Assembly (NCBI GenBank): GCA_023920165.1
Contig: CP089280.1
Coordinates: 1,302,001-1,366,000, forward strand
Direction: 5' to 3'
DNA: 64,000 nt
Source: Curvularia clavata
Lineage: Eukaryota
Positions 63,459-64,000 of the stretch are shown in pieces. Made by a program: the position numbers and the translations under genes. Every line of letters begins with the position of its first letter. The first letter of the stretch is position 1. Below the pieces are notes generated by a model. That model did no database searches and had not been told where the DNA came from. It worked only from the letters and a program-made list of their open reading frames with translations.

Positions 63459-64000
63459 ATGTCACGACTGGCCATTTCTCGCGTAGTCCTACAGCCTACT
63501 TTCCATGGCGCCGTTCGCGCACCACTGAGACCCATTGAGGCGCCAGGCTGCGTTCTGTAAGCCTCCAATGTTGCTTCGCGCAAGCATCAAAGCTGTGCTC
63601 CGCTCACACCACCTAGGCCTCTTCTTCGTGCCTCGACACCACAATGCTCTTCCCATGCTGTTCGCGGCTTCTCTGTAACCTCGCAAGTACAAAAAAAGGC
63701 TGGAAAAGCGAATAAATCTCACGCCCGAACCGACTCGAGCCCACCAGTCAACAGAGCTGGTATGCCCACCCCCACCGACGAGGCCTACGATGTCTCTGGC
63801 TTGGAAGCGCAGATACTCAAGGCGATTGAGAAGCTCACGCACGAGCTTAGCCAGCTGCGTAGTGGGGGAAAGCTCAACCCGGATATTGTGGAAAGCTTGA
63901 AAGTACAGCTGGGTACTGCTGGACATGGGAAAGAGACCGTAAGACTGGGAGACATCGCTCAGGTTGTTCCCAGAGGAAGAGTGCTGAACGTCATTTGTGG
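63459..64000 (+). CDS. RRF1: Mitochondrial ribosome recycling factor (5' part; runs off the window)
   Basis: Exons 63459-63556 and 63617->64000; the 60-nt intron GTAAGC...GCTCAC...TAG removes an in-frame TAA. Presequence, then LEAQILKAIEKLTHELSQLRSGGKLNPDIVESLKV...VRLGDIAQVVPRGRVLNV, the RRF N-terminal pattern. Not in the ORF track. Confidence 0.85.

Noticed and set aside
63558..63560. In-frame TAA in the RRF presequence, suggesting readthrough or a pseudogene
   Set aside because: It lies within a canonical 60-nt intron (63557-63616) whose removal restores the frame.
63489..63926. 145-aa minus-strand ORF
   Set aside because: Antisense to the ribosome recycling factor gene.
1..64000. tRNA, 5S rRNA, snRNA, TPP riboswitch, CRISPR arrays, TGA-CTA readthrough/PTS1 signals, transposase or reverse-transcriptase ORFs
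   Set aside because: Looked for by eye and not found. A covariance-model scan (tRNAscan-SE, Infernal) would be needed to exclude small RNA genes.

Overview
Eukaryotic, intron-containing DNA from a filamentous ascomycete. The evidence is short GT-AG introns with CTRAC/CTRAY branch points and Pezizomycotina-type proteins; a Dothideomycete/Pleosporales origin is my inference. I reconstructed 20 protein-coding genes by hand, most with exon structures the ORF track does not show. Recognisable genes: a copper-fist transcription factor, LIS1/NudF, Stu2/XMAP215, a class I/II PLP enzyme, RIB3, an AzgA purine permease, the mitochondrial calcium uniporter, PAB1, FBP1, KGD1, TFB1, a DUF1992 protein and a partial mitochondrial ribosome recycling factor. 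There are also several uncharacterised fungal proteins, two of them small spliced genes missed or fragmented by the ORF track. I found no rRNA, tRNA, CRISPR array or autonomous transposon. Best leads: (i) a divergent pair of uncharacterised genes at 10.2-13.1 kb, including a 92-aa protein with a beta-patterned C-terminal motif; (ii) an ORF-less, promoter-bearing region with hairpins at 5.4-7.7 kb, a candidate ncRNA/milRNA locus; (iii) a 276-bp TpA-rich element with terminal inverted repeats at 61.1-61.4 kb; (iv) head-to-head nudF/stu2; (v) an A-rich autoregulatory-type PAB1 leader; (vi) a CCG-N7-CCG plus CreA-site module upstream of FBP1. All calls come from reading the sequence; no searches were run.
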